Positions 45,828 to 55,127 of a stretch of 64,000 nucleotides of DNA are shown here, in pieces. Where the stretch lies: sequence record ON529860.1. One strand, given 5' to 3'. Position numbers and translations under genes: made by a program. Each line of letters begins with the position of its first letter. Within the stretch, counting starts at the first letter, position 1. The notes beneath the pieces are model-generated. The model was not told the DNA's origin and searched no databases. It worked only from the letters and a program-made list of their open reading frames with translations.

Positions 45828-45991
45828 CGGCCCATCGCCCAGACGGCAAGCAGGAAGGTGGCGGTGGCGAGGTTGAGCGGGTTGAAGTCGAACGGTCCGA
45901 CTCCGAAGCCCATCAGGTAGCCACCGATGACCAACACGGCGACACCGACGTCGACGCCGTAGCGGATGACGCGGTCGACATCCATCTTCAT
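45824..45991 (-). CDS. small two-TM membrane protein, 55 aa
   Basis: GGGAG RBS; hydrophobic segments. Confidence 0.65.
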   Translation of the reverse strand: MKMDVDRVIRYGVDVGVAVLVIGGYLMGFGVGPFDFNPLNLATATFLLAVWAMGR

Positions 45992-46008
45992 GTTGTTCTC
46001 CCTGGTGA

Positions 46009-46749
46009 TCATTCGACGATCAGGCCGTGCTTCAAGGCCTCCTCGCGGGTCAGGTTCTGCTGCTCGTCCAGGATCAACACCGGTTCGGCTTTCGCCGCGA
46101 TCGGATACCGGCACTGGATCGAGATACGGTGCCCGTGGTTGTAGGCCCAGAAGTGGCCGCGCCCATACTGGGCGTCCAGCGCCGCTTGCAGGTCCGTGCG
46201 GATGTCGTTGATGTGGCGGCCGTCACGGGGCGTGTCGTTACAGATCAACCACTGCATCGGCGCCAGCGGCGCGGCGTCCAGAAGCATGCGATCGAAGTCA
46301 GCGAACTGCGACGGCTTCTTGTCCCAGTTCGGCCGGCGCGCCGGAGGCTGATTGTCGGTCATGTTCCAGGGCCGATCGGGCGCCTTGAACGGCACGGCCT
46401 CGATCCAGTAGGTCTGGAGCGACGTGCTCCAACGTAGGCGCTGCTCCAACCCGGACGCGTCTTCCAACGCCTTCAGCCGCTCCAGGGCGGCGGCGCGGGC
46501 GAGGTCGCGTGCATCGCTCCCCGCCCGGACGGCTTCGTCGGCGAAGTCGGCGCACATGAACACGTCGGGTCCTCGGGTCAGGATCGGCTCGACGATATAG
46601 GCTTCCTGGTCAGGGTCCCACCGCCGGCGAAACTGGGTTGATCCCGTTCGCTCCAGAGCCTTGATGCGGTCGGCGGCCGCCATCGCGGCCTGCGCCATAC
46701 CATCATCGGCGCCCTTCTGGGGATAGTCGGCTGCGCGGTAGATGGGCAT
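46009..46749 (-). CDS. hypothetical protein, 246 aa
   Basis: GAGGAG RBS; promoter at 46780-46806. Confidence 0.8.
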   Translation of the reverse strand: MPIYRAADYPQKGADDGMAQAAMAAADRIKALERTGSTQFRRRWDPDQEAYIVEPILTRGPDVFMCADFADEAVRAGSDARDLARAAALERLKALEDASGLEQRLRWSTSLQTYWIEAVPFKAPDRPWNMTDNQPPARRPNWDKKPSQFADFDRMLLDAAPLAPMQWLICNDTPRDGRHINDIRTDLQAALDAQYGRGHFWAYNHGHRISIQCRYPIAAKAEPVLILDEQQNLTREEALKHGLIVE

Positions 46750-46810
46750 CTGGGCGTCTCCTCTTCAGTTGAGGCGACCTGTAAAGGAATGTTTTGAGGC
46801 CGTCAAGCCG

Positions 46811-47026
46811 TCAATCGGTGGTCTCGGCCGGGACGAAACAGACCCAGGCGAACGCCATGCTGAGCAAGGCGCACGGCATCAGGGCGAGCCCCGCCGGCCC
46901 GCACGTCACGGTGAGGAAGACGCTCGTCAGCGACACGAGGACGGCGATAACCACGAAAGCGATGCAGGGGACGTTCGCCACCGCACTGAGGGGTCGGCGC
47001 TCGCCCTTATAGTCACGGGTGTCCAT
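46811..47026 (-). CDS. small membrane protein, 71 aa
   Basis: AGGAGG RBS; two TM segments. Confidence 0.65.
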   Translation of the reverse strand: MDTRDYKGERRPLSAVANVPCIAFVVIAVLVSLTSVFLTVTCGPAGLALMPCALLSMAFAWVCFVPAETTD

Positions 47027-47034
47027 TGGCCCTC

Positions 47035-47127
47035 CTAGTTGATCGACAGGATTTCCCTGATCAGCATGAAGAGGATGATCAGGTAGATGATGATGACGAC
47101 GCCCAGGGTTACGTAGAGGCCGGACAT
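47035..47127 (-). CDS. small membrane peptide, 30 aa
   Basis: AAGGA RBS; MSGLYVTLGVVIIIYLIILFMLIREILSIN. Confidence 0.55.
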   Translation of the reverse strand: MSGLYVTLGVVIIIYLIILFMLIREILSIN

Positions 47128-47238
47128 GGTCTGTCCTTCTTGTCCGAAGCGGCCATCAGCCGCTTGAAGAAGTCGTCCGGCGCCGGACGTAGCGCCGGCA
47201 TGAGATAGTAGGGATCGCCGTCGCGGGTCCAGTAGGGT

Positions 47239-47538
47239 TCAGTCGGCATCGGCGACCGCCAGTCGTTTGTCGCGGGCGTCCATCGTCGCCAGCATCATGG
47301 ACAGACTGCCAATGCACGCAAACGCCCTGGGGTAGCTGTTCGGCTCCGCCTCGGCGTCCCTACAAACCGCCTTCACGCCCGCCGCCATGTCTTTGACCGC
47401 CAGCGTGCGCTCGGCGGCCAATCGCTCGTTGGCGCGCTCCTGCATGACGTGATGCGTCACGAGGAAGGTGATGGAGATCGCGAACGCCATGGCGATCCCG
47501 ACCAGCGCCCACAGGGCGGCCTTGTCATTCTTCGACAC
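47239..47538 (-). CDS. membrane-anchored hypothetical protein, 99 aa
   Basis: N-terminal TM segment. Confidence 0.7.
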   Translation of the reverse strand: MSKNDKAALWALVGIAMAFAISITFLVTHHVMQERANERLAAERTLAVKDMAAGVKAVCRDAEAEPNSYPRAFACIGSLSMMLATMDARDKRLAVADAD

Positions 47539-47833
47539 TGGCGCGGAACTCCTCTTTCAAACTGTAGAGGCGCAGCACGCGATTACGCCCCAGGCTGTCG
47601 CAGGCGTGGAACCGCCCGATCTCGAAGCGCTCGTCCCGGCCGAGCCAGGACGCCGCGACCTGCGCGCGGTTCATCGGGTGCGGGCTCATGCCCTTCCACA
47701 GCTTGGGCTCAGGCACGGCGTCGCAGAAGGCTGAATTCATCCACCCGTCCATGATACAGACGCTCCAGACGACGCCGCCCCCTTCGCGGCGCATCAGGGC
47801 GACCATGGCGTCGCCTACCGGATTGGTCTTCAT
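47525..47833 (-). CDS. hypothetical protein, 102 aa
   Basis: ATGA coupling. Confidence 0.7.
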   Translation of the reverse strand: MKTNPVGDAMVALMRREGGGVVWSVCIMDGWMNSAFCDAVPEPKLWKGMSPHPMNRAQVAASWLGRDERFEIGRFHACDSLGRNRVLRLYSLKEEFRASVEE

Positions 47834-48114
47834 GCCGACACCTGCGCGCGGTTCTTGCCGATGTGGTAGCCGTCGCAGAACGCGCACTTGTAGGGGCGAA
47901 ACTCGCCACCGTGCTTGCGCTGCATGGAATCGGCAGCCTTCTGGGCGCTCTCGGGCGAACCGTACATCACCTTGGGCTTGCCCGACCCCTGGGCGATGTG
48001 GGAGTGGCGGCTGAACAGCCCCCAGGCGTTGCCGGTGATGAAGAAGTTGCGCAGCAGACGCTTGAGCGGCAACTGGCTCTTGAGCGCCAGGAAGAGGTTG
48101 CGCGGTCGGATCAT
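47830..48114 (-). CDS. hypothetical protein with C-terminal YKCAFCDGYH Zn-ribbon, 94 aa
   Basis: ATGA coupling; Cys/His motif. Confidence 0.7.
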   Translation of the reverse strand: MIRPRNLFLALKSQLPLKRLLRNFFITGNAWGLFSRHSHIAQGSGKPKVMYGSPESAQKAADSMQRKHGGEFRPYKCAFCDGYHIGKNRAQVSA

Positions 48115-48485
48115 GCCGTAATCCCCATGCGGCGCATCAGGCCGCTGATGTAGCGGGCGCCGAAGGTGTGGTAGACGAAGAAGAGCGACGGGTGTCCGAA
48201 GCAGTCGTCGTTGCGGCCGACCTCGTTGCGGGCGGCGCGCTCGCGGGCGTCGCTCGGCACGATGCAGCCGTTGGCGGCCGTGTGCAGGGCGCCGACGCAG
48301 TAGGCGGTCTCGGGGTTCTCCGGGCCATGGTCGCGCAGATGGCAGGACGGAACCTGGTTCTCCTGCACCACGTCGGCATACCATTGCGCCTCGTGCCCGC
48401 CCAGGTAGCCCTGGAGGGCGTCCTTGCGCCACGGGCACTCGTTGCAGGGGGACTTGTGGATCAGGCGGCGGTTGTCGGTGGTCAC
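48111..48485 (-). CDS. DUF6283-like Cys-rich protein, 124 aa
   Basis: PCNECPWRKD...PSCH...CVGAL pattern. Confidence 0.6.
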   Translation of the reverse strand: MTTDNRRLIHKSPCNECPWRKDALQGYLGGHEAQWYADVVQENQVPSCHLRDHGPENPETAYCVGALHTAANGCIVPSDARERAARNEVGRNDDCFGHPSLFFVYHTFGARYISGLMRRMGITA

Positions 48486-48760
48486 GAAGGCTCCTGGATT
48501 TCGCGGTGGCTCAAGCGCGCCCAGACGAAGGCACGCATCCGTCCGGCGCCGACGCATTGTTCGCGCGAGGCGTTCGGGGCGGGCTCGGTGCAGATCATCT
48601 GCTCGGCGTCCGCGAGGTCCTTGAGCACGGCGCGGCGTTCGTCGACCTCTCCCTGCTGGGTCTGGCTGGAGACCCCGGCGGCGAGGCCGACCACGAAGAT
48701 GATGGCGGCGGCGAGAAACGCCACCACCGTCACCAAGGGGGTAGTCCGGCTGTCGCCCAT
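48482..48760 (-). CDS. membrane-anchored hypothetical protein, 92 aa
   Basis: N-terminal TM segment. Confidence 0.7.
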   Translation of the reverse strand: MGDSRTTPLVTVVAFLAAAIIFVVGLAAGVSSQTQQGEVDERRAVLKDLADAEQMICTEPAPNASREQCVGAGRMRAFVWARLSHREIQEPS

Positions 48761-49368
48761 CAGATCGTCTCCAGCTTCTTGCCCGTCAGGGCTTCCAGCG
48801 CGGCGGCGGCCGCGCGATAGTTTTCCAGTCGGAACACCGACGTGGCGGGTCCGCCGACGAAGCCGTGGTCGGTCCAGATTTCATGGCTGCCGTCTTCGGC
48901 CGCGTCGTAGCTGCGCACGACGGCCGCGAACGGGGCCAGCGCCGCGATCGCCTGTTCGAGCGTTTCCACCGAAGGGGTGGGCGGCGGCGTGTAGGGGCGG
49001 ATGTAGGAGATGATGCACTGCCAGGCGACGTCGGGGAAATCGCAGGCGCGGCCGCGCATCACCGCCCCCGTCACCAGCCAGGCCTCGATCACCGTCTCGC
49101 CGACGGGGTTGACGCCGCCTGTGAACTTCAACCAGCCGTCCCGACGGGGCCGCCCGATGAAGGTGTAGTAGGTCAGCGGTCCCGCCATCCCGCCGATGCC
49201 GATGGCGCCGCCCTTCGCGGCGCTGGGGTCCCGCTCAAGGGTTCGGATCGCACCGAAGCACGGACGGCCGCGATGCGTCGCCCATACAAAATCGCCCACC
49301 TGGATATGAGCCGAGTTCTGGATCGTCAGGCGCTCGCCGAGCGCGGGGAGGGTCATGGTGTCGGTCAT
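48760..49368 (-). CDS. hypothetical protein, 202 aa
   Basis: Coupled ORF. Confidence 0.75.
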   Translation of the reverse strand: MTDTMTLPALGERLTIQNSAHIQVGDFVWATHRGRPCFGAIRTLERDPSAAKGGAIGIGGMAGPLTYYTFIGRPRRDGWLKFTGGVNPVGETVIEAWLVTGAVMRGRACDFPDVAWQCIISYIRPYTPPPTPSVETLEQAIAALAPFAAVVRSYDAAEDGSHEIWTDHGFVGGPATSVFRLENYRAAAAALEALTGKKLETI

Positions 49369-49733
49369 GCTTTAAAGCCTGCGTTTCCAATGGACAGGCC
49401 CACGGCGGCGGCCATGCGGTCGCTGATCTCGCGCAGCGTGGTGGTTTCGCCGGCGATGAAGGTGTTGCGCTCGGCGACCCATTCCCGGACCAGAGCCTCC
49501 AGGTCCGGCGCGTTGTGCGGACGGATCACGAAGGGCTCGTCGCAGGGGTCCTCGAAAATCGAGTCCTTGGCCTTGGCGTACCACTGGTAGAGGTCGGTCC
49601 CGTCGTAGCGGAACAGGCGCGGGTCGCGGACGCCGACCTTCGGCATCTGGTTGTAGGCGAAGGATTCCATGTCGGGGACGTGGGTCCGGTCCGCCGAAGC
49701 CGGGAAATCATGCGTCAGGTGCGTGTCGCTCAT
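49365..49733 (-). CDS. hypothetical protein, 122 aa
   Basis: GGAGGA RBS; promoter at 49761. Confidence 0.75.
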   Translation of the reverse strand: MSDTHLTHDFPASADRTHVPDMESFAYNQMPKVGVRDPRLFRYDGTDLYQWYAKAKDSIFEDPCDEPFVIRPHNAPDLEALVREWVAERNTFIAGETTTLREISDRMAAAVGLSIGNAGFKA

Positions 49734-49783
49734 GCGGTCCTCCTTCGTGGTCCGGGGGTGTGTAAAGGAATGATTTGCGGCTG

Positions 49784-51373
49784 TCAACTCTTTGCGGCTG
49801 CCTGATCGTGCTTCACAAGCGACTCGATGAAATCCGCCCACAGCCCCTCGTTGACGATGTAGTCGTCTCGCCGCCGCAGCAGGTCCGACCACTCGGCCAT
49901 AGACCGCCACGGGTTTTCCTCGTCCTCCGGCTTGATCTTCAGTTCGTCCAGCACGATGCGGGCATGGGCGTGCGCCTGGCGGGCTCCGGCTTCGGCCTGT
50001 TTCCAGGCGTTGGTGTCCAGATGGCGCTGGCCGGGATCGTAGAAGGCCAGGACGAAGTTGAGCGCGCCCCAGCACTTCTCCAGCGCCTCGCTCGCGGCCT
50101 TGTAGGCGTCCGACCGAACGACGCGCCCTGCTTCCAGAATCTCTTCGACCACAGCCTCGAATTCCCGCTGGGCGATGGGGTCTCCGGGCGTCCGGTATCC
50201 CGCACGGTCCTCCAACCCCAGGGCCTTCCACCACCCGTAGCGGCGCCCGATGCGGTACAGGGCTTCGGCGGCGACCTCGACAGCCGGCACGTCTTCCGAC
50301 AGCACCAGAGTCGCCTCGGTCTCCAGTTCCTGCGCCGACGCGTCCAGACCGGCGTTGTAGTCCGCCGCGCCGCGTTTCAGGTAATCCGTCCAGTCGGTTT
50401 CGATGCAGCGCTCGAAGTAGGCGGGATCATCCGCCGGCAGGGCGGCGTTCGTGCGCCAGCCGGCCCGGAACGCCGCGAACTGATCAGACGCCGCTTGCAG
50501 GCCGATCATCGTCCACAGGTCATCCGTCAGCAGGCGGATGGCGCCCACGGGCGCCGACTTGTGCGGATGGTCGAACAGGCCGCCCGCGATCAGGTCGAAC
50601 AGGTGATCGGCAGACCGCAGGCCTTCCTTCGGCCCCGCCGTCGCCTGCGCCAGGATGTCGCCGATCCAGGCGTTCATCTTCTTGCCGCTGGCGAGCGCCG
50701 CCGCCTGGGTCGGGTCGACGGCGTTGCGCAGCAGCGGCCACAGGGCGTTCGCCACGTCGTCCGCCATCAGGTCGTAGTCGCCGGCGCGGCGGTGCGTGAT
50801 CAGGTCCTTCACCGTCGCTTTCAGCGCCGCCTCATCCTTGAACGCCGGGGTATGCGGCGCCGCCTTCAAGGCCTCGGACGCCATGTCGCAGGCGCGCAAG
50901 GCGGCGGCCCGGAACTTCTCGTCGCCGCTATCGCAGCGGGCGATCCACAGCTTGTCCTGGCACTCGCGCAGAGCGCCGCACAAGCGTTCCACGGTGAGCG
51001 GGGCGGACAGCGCGTGCGCCCACTTCCGAAACTCCGTCGCTGTTTTTCGGCACTGCGCCGCGACCGAGCGGCTGTTGTCCGCCCGCTTGGCCTTGAAGGG
51101 GTCAGGGTTCTGCGCCCAGTCAGCCGCATCCTCGTCGTAGCGGACGGCGGCGTCGTCATTCGATTCCGCCTGACGCAGGCAGAAAGCGTGCAGGGCGGCG
51201 ATGCTGGGATCGGCGGAGAGTTCGGCCGCGACAGCGTCGGCCTGGGCCTGTGCAGGCTCGCCATAGATGGCGAAGCCTTCGCCGGGCTCCCAGTGGACGG
51301 GGTAGTCGGCGCCCCACCAGGTGACTTCGCGGTCGTTGCGGACCCAGCCGAGCGGCGTGCGGGTGTTGGTCAT
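49784..51373 (-). CDS. hypothetical protein, 529 aa (probably multi-domain)
   Basis: AAGGAG RBS; long ORF. Confidence 0.8.
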   Translation of the reverse strand: MTNTRTPLGWVRNDREVTWWGADYPVHWEPGEGFAIYGEPAQAQADAVAAELSADPSIAALHAFCLRQAESNDDAAVRYDEDAADWAQNPDPFKAKRADNSRSVAAQCRKTATEFRKWAHALSAPLTVERLCGALRECQDKLWIARCDSGDEKFRAAALRACDMASEALKAAPHTPAFKDEAALKATVKDLITHRRAGDYDLMADDVANALWPLLRNAVDPTQAAALASGKKMNAWIGDILAQATAGPKEGLRSADHLFDLIAGGLFDHPHKSAPVGAIRLLTDDLWTMIGLQAASDQFAAFRAGWRTNAALPADDPAYFERCIETDWTDYLKRGAADYNAGLDASAQELETEATLVLSEDVPAVEVAAEALYRIGRRYGWWKALGLEDRAGYRTPGDPIAQREFEAVVEEILEAGRVVRSDAYKAASEALEKCWGALNFVLAFYDPGQRHLDTNAWKQAEAGARQAHAHARIVLDELKIKPEDEENPWRSMAEWSDLLRRRDDYIVNEGLWADFIESLVKHDQAAAKS

Positions 51374-51384
51374 CAGGGGCTCCT

Positions 51385-51933
51385 TCAGATCATGTCCATT
51401 GCGCGCAGACGCGCGGCGGCGCCGTAGACCCGGACGGTCTCACGGGTGATTCGGGGGTCGCTCAGGCTGCTGGTCACCAGAGGCGCATGGCATTCGTCGG
51501 TCGGCTCGAACACGCCCAGCGACATGGCGCGCCCGGTGTAGATTTGCTGGAAGGACAGCGGGAACGGGTAGGGGTAGTGCCCCTCCGGCCTGTCGCCGGC
51601 GCAGAACATGCGCAGATAGCCGAGGGGCTCGGGGTCGCGCACGTCATCGACGCCGGTCTCCTCGCGCAGTTCTCGCAGCGCGGCGTCCAGCATTCCTTCG
51701 CCGGCCTCGATATGACCGCCCGCCATCTCGATTCCGCGCCGGGTGTTATGCGCCAGGACCACCGCCCAGGTGTCCAGATAGGGGACCATGAAGGCGGTCC
51801 GGGTCAGGTCTTCAGGGGCCTCGTCGTCCGACAGGATCAGATCAACCCGGTTCGGGCGCGGCAGCCAGTCGACGTCAAACTCGGTGCGTGCGATCACGGC
51901 GCCGGGCGGCAAGGTGGTCTTGGGGGTGGGCAT
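51385..51933 (-). CDS. Nudix hydrolase
   Basis: Nudix box GGHIEAGEGMLDAALRELREETGV. Confidence 0.9.
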   Translation of the reverse strand: MPTPKTTLPPGAVIARTEFDVDWLPRPNRVDLILSDDEAPEDLTRTAFMVPYLDTWAVVLAHNTRRGIEMAGGHIEAGEGMLDAALRELREETGVDDVRDPEPLGYLRMFCAGDRPEGHYPYPFPLSFQQIYTGRAMSLGVFEPTDECHAPLVTSSLSDPRITRETVRVYGAAARLRAMDMI

Positions 51934-52099
51934 CGGCGCTCCTTCAACGGTTCCTTCGCCGTGTAAAGGAACGGTGTGAGGAATACAAGCAGAACTTCTT
52001 GCCGCCTGACAAGATTCATGTCACTCAGGATTTACCGTCAGGGATGACCCCTGCCGGCGCCAGGCGGCTGCGGCCGTCGATCGAAAGGACCACCGCCCC

Positions 52100-53284
52100 A
52101 TGAGCGGCACTGACCTGCGCGTCCGCGCGCACATCACCTATTCCGTCGCGTCCTACCGAGATACGGGCAAGACCGGCACGAGCCGGGAAGTAGGCTCTGG
52201 TTTCACGGCCGACGTCGCAAACGAAATCGCTAAGGCCGTGCATGCCGTCGCCGACGCCCCGCGCGACCTGACCCTGGTCAACGTCACCGACGCCACTTAT
52301 GAAATCGCGAAGGCTGCGCATCACGTCAGTCAGATCGTCGATGCCCCTGAAGGGACAGCCTACCTCATTGAGCGCCTGTCCCCGCGCCAAGTCCGCCTGA
52401 CCGAAGTCACGCCGCAAACGCAGCGCTACACGCTCGACGCCACGGTCTTTGACCTGAAGAGCAGCCTGGGTAACCTCCAGACCGTCGCCGATACGGTCAA
52501 GGATTCCGTCATGCGTGAGATCAGCCGCATCAACCTGCCCGAGCGGTGGGATGACCTGTCGAGCGAGACCACCCGGCGTGGGCTGGAGGCCTTCATGGCG
52601 GTCCAGACGGTGGGCAAAGATGCCTGGCGGGATCATGAGATCGAGGGGATGGTGAATCGCATCGCTCAGCGCACCGGCAAGGCCAAGATCGACCTGCGGC
52701 GTATGTTTGAGAACGCCCAGGAGCGGGTGATGGAAGCCAAACGCATCCTGGCGGACGCCGTACCCACCTCGGCGCCCCTGACCGCGCGTGAAGAACACTA
52801 CTGCAAGAACCGCGCGAAGGGCTGCACGCCCCACGACGCCGCGCGCTATGCGGGGTTCCTCAACGATCCGACGTCGCCGTTCAATACCGCCCTGCTGGAA
52901 AACTCACCCCCGATCCAGGCGCGGATCGCGGAACTGATCACCGCCCAGGCGCCAGCCGACGCCTCAACCACGATCAAGACGCCGTCGGCAGACGCCTTCC
53001 GTAAAGGCGTCGTCCAGAAGACTGCTGAGGCGGAGTTTGCGGTGGGGGCCGCCGTCTGGGAAGTTCCGGCCGATCAGGTGCCGCCCAACGGCTCCTACCG
53101 CCTGGACAACGCCACGCAGGAGTTCTTCGCCATGAACATCGGCTTCTACGGCATGACGGTCGAAGCGGCCGCCAAGCAGATGAGCCTGCCGCTGGAAACA
53201 GCGGACGGTCTGATGCAGATGCCGTCGGTGAAGGCGCGGATCAAGTTCTTCCAGCGCTGCGCCGCCTGGGGCGAACGCGGATGA
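52100..53284 (+). CDS. hypothetical protein, 394 aa
   Basis: AAGGA RBS; long ORF. Confidence 0.8.
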   Translation: MSGTDLRVRAHITYSVASYRDTGKTGTSREVGSGFTADVANEIAKAVHAVADAPRDLTLVNVTDATYEIAKAAHHVSQIVDAPEGTAYLIERLSPRQVRLTEVTPQTQRYTLDATVFDLKSSLGNLQTVADTVKDSVMREISRINLPERWDDLSSETTRRGLEAFMAVQTVGKDAWRDHEIEGMVNRIAQRTGKAKIDLRRMFENAQERVMEAKRILADAVPTSAPLTAREEHYCKNRAKGCTPHDAARYAGFLNDPTSPFNTALLENSPPIQARIAELITAQAPADASTTIKTPSADAFRKGVVQKTAEAEFAVGAAVWEVPADQVPPNGSYRLDNATQEFFAMNIGFYGMTVEAAAKQMSLPLETADGLMQMPSVKARIKFFQRCAAWGERG

Positions 53285-53628
53285 AGCGCGTCTTCGACGA
53301 CCATGGGCTCTGGAACCCGGAGGCTCACGCCGCCGGGCTCCGGGTGTCTCCTCTGGTGAAACAGGCGTTCGAACTACTGCTGAACGAAGGCTACAATCCT
53401 CGCGAGGCGCAGGCCCTGATCACCGTCACCGTTGATGAAGAGACCCTGGACCGCGTCCTCGCTGTCAAGCATCGGCTGCGCCTAAAACAGGCGGGCCACG
53501 CCGAGGCGGAGCGTGTCGGCAACCTGCGCCGGCATGTGCCGTTCCCGCCGGCCGACCACCCCGTCTTCACGCCCGAGCATAAGGCGAAGGCCTTCGACCT
53601 GGTGCGGCCTGAGGGAGAATCGACGTGA
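53281..53628 (+). CDS. hypothetical protein, 115 aa
   Basis: ATGA coupling. Confidence 0.75.
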   Translation: MKRVFDDHGLWNPEAHAAGLRVSPLVKQAFELLLNEGYNPREAQALITVTVDEETLDRVLAVKHRLRLKQAGHAEAERVGNLRRHVPFPPADHPVFTPEHKAKAFDLVRPEGEST

Positions 53629-53903
53629 GCCCTGGGTACAAGGCGGTGGCCGTCCAGGACGGCGTCCTTCGAAACCGCTACGGATACGAGCAACGTGTCG
53701 CGCCGGGCTGCTTCACCATTGCGGACGAGCACGACAACCCGATCCGCACCCATGACGGCTTCGCGGTCTTTGCCAGCCTCAAGGAGGCGGCCTGGTGCGC
53801 CGAGTTGATGCAAAGTGCCTATTTCGAGGGCGAGGCCAGCGTCAAGGCGGCCATGCGGAACCTGCTCGACATCCCTGAACCACCGGACGACGAAGACGGC
53901 TGA
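53625..53903 (+). CDS. hypothetical protein, 92 aa
   Basis: GTGA coupling, GAGGGAG RBS. Confidence 0.75.
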   Translation: MSPGYKAVAVQDGVLRNRYGYEQRVAPGCFTIADEHDNPIRTHDGFAVFASLKEAAWCAELMQSAYFEGEASVKAAMRNLLDIPEPPDDEDG

Positions 53904-53907
53904 AGGC

Positions 53908-53936
53908 TTGACGGTATGGAGGCGGCCGTGCTAAAC
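53908..53936 (+). promoter_or_regulatory. sigma70-type promoter TTGACG-N16-GCTAAAC
   Basis: Matches the Caulobacter housekeeping consensus TTGACG...GCTANAWC. Confidence 0.75.
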
Positions 53937-53944
53937 AACGCCCC

Positions 53945-53977
53945 ATGCTGACCGCCCTGAGACTCAGGACTGCCTAA
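53945..53977 (+). CDS. leader micro-ORF MLTALRLRTA (AGA and AGG codons)
   Basis: ATG at the expected start site (leaderless); stop overlaps terminator. Confidence 0.5.
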   Translation: MLTALRLRTA

Positions 53978-54003
53978 GCGCCCCAGACCACCGGGGCGCT
54001 TTT
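53976..54003 (+). terminator. intrinsic terminator directly before the tRNA
   Basis: AAGCGCCCC-N8-GGGGCGCTT followed by TT. Confidence 0.75.
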
Positions 54004-54005
54004 CG

Positions 54006-54080
54006 GCGTCTATGGTGTAGCGGACAGCACATCGATCTTCTAAATCGAGAGCCCTGGTTCGAATCCAGGTAGACGCGCCA
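54006..54080 (+). tRNA. tRNA-Arg (UCU)
   Basis: Acceptor GCGTCTA/TAGACGC, D stem GTGT/GCAC with A20, anticodon loop CTTCTAA, T loop TTCGAAT, encoded CCA. Confidence 0.95.
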
Positions 54081-54134
54081 CTGTTCAGTCGTCAGTCATA
54101 TTGACAATGACTGTCTGGATGGTAATCAACCGAC

Positions 54135-55100
54135 ATGGCTAAGTTGACTGGGCGTGAGGAAGAAGTCGTTCGGCGCGTGCGCGCCGGCGAACGGCAGACG
54201 GAAATCGCACGCGATCTTGGGGTGACGATCTCGTCGATCAGTCTCTGTGTTCGTCGCCATGCCCCTGAACTCAGTCGAACGAACCCGACCCCCGCTCAAC
54301 GCGCCGTCATCATCAAGGCAATCAAGGCGGGCATGCCCGTGGCGGAAGCGGCGCTGAAATACGGCTATGCCGCCCATACGTTGTCGTTGTGGCTCAAGCG
54401 CGGTGTGGGCACCCGCGAGCCCGTCGACGCCGCCTACATCGTCCAACTCTACGAGACCGGCGACTACACCATGACGGCGTTGGGGGCGGCCTACGGCGTC
54501 TCGCGTGAACGCGTCCGCCAGATCATAGCGGCGGCGAACCTCTCCAAGTCCCGGCGAGAGATACAAATTCAACGTGTGGCTTCCCAAGCCGCCGACATTC
54601 GCCAGCGCTACCTCGCGGGCGAGGAGCCCGCTGACCTGGCGCTGGCGTTGGATGTGGATCGGCCGGTCATCGAGTTTTACGTCGAAGGGTGCTCCAGGCA
54701 GGCGGCGGCGCGCATGTTCAACTATGAGGACATGATCGCCGACTATCGTTCTGGGACTTACACCACCACCGCCCTGGCTGAAAAATACAACACCAGCCAG
54801 ACCAACATCAGCGCAGTGCTCCAGCGCCACGGGGTGGACACCAAAGAGGCGCGCTGCGCCGAGAAACGCCGGCATATCCCAGAGCGCTTCCGCGCCAAGT
54901 GCAGCAGCCTGCGCCAACTTCTCGACACCACCGCCGTCGTGACGTGGTTCCAGGAGGATGAGAGCCGCACGGCGCTCGACCTCGCAGAACTCTGCGGAGT
55001 GACCCCGGCGACGATCTTGCGCATCACCACCACCGCCGGAGTAAAGACGGGGCGCAAGCGCCGACGTCGAAAGCCACTCCTGCGCTGCGCGCCGTCGTGA
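54135..55100 (+). CDS. protein with six tandem helix-turn-helix motifs, 321 aa
   Basis: QTEIARDLGVTISSIS, VAEAALKYGYAAHTLS, MTALGAAYGVSRERVRQ, PADLALALDVDRPVI, TTALAEKYNTSQTNIS, ALDLAELCGVTPATIL. Confidence 0.85.
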   Translation: MAKLTGREEEVVRRVRAGERQTEIARDLGVTISSISLCVRRHAPELSRTNPTPAQRAVIIKAIKAGMPVAEAALKYGYAAHTLSLWLKRGVGTREPVDAAYIVQLYETGDYTMTALGAAYGVSRERVRQIIAAANLSKSRREIQIQRVASQAADIRQRYLAGEEPADLALALDVDRPVIEFYVEGCSRQAAARMFNYEDMIADYRSGTYTTTALAEKYNTSQTNISAVLQRHGVDTKEARCAEKRRHIPERFRAKCSSLRQLLDTTAVVTWFQEDESRTALDLAELCGVTPATILRITTTAGVKTGRKRRRRKPLLRCAPS

Positions 55101-55127
55101 CCGGCTCCGCCGGCCGCACCTTCGGTC
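55075..55127. repeat. 53-bp triple-hairpin dispersed element, copy 4
   Basis: Overlaps last codons of the HTH gene at a convergent junction. Confidence 0.85.
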
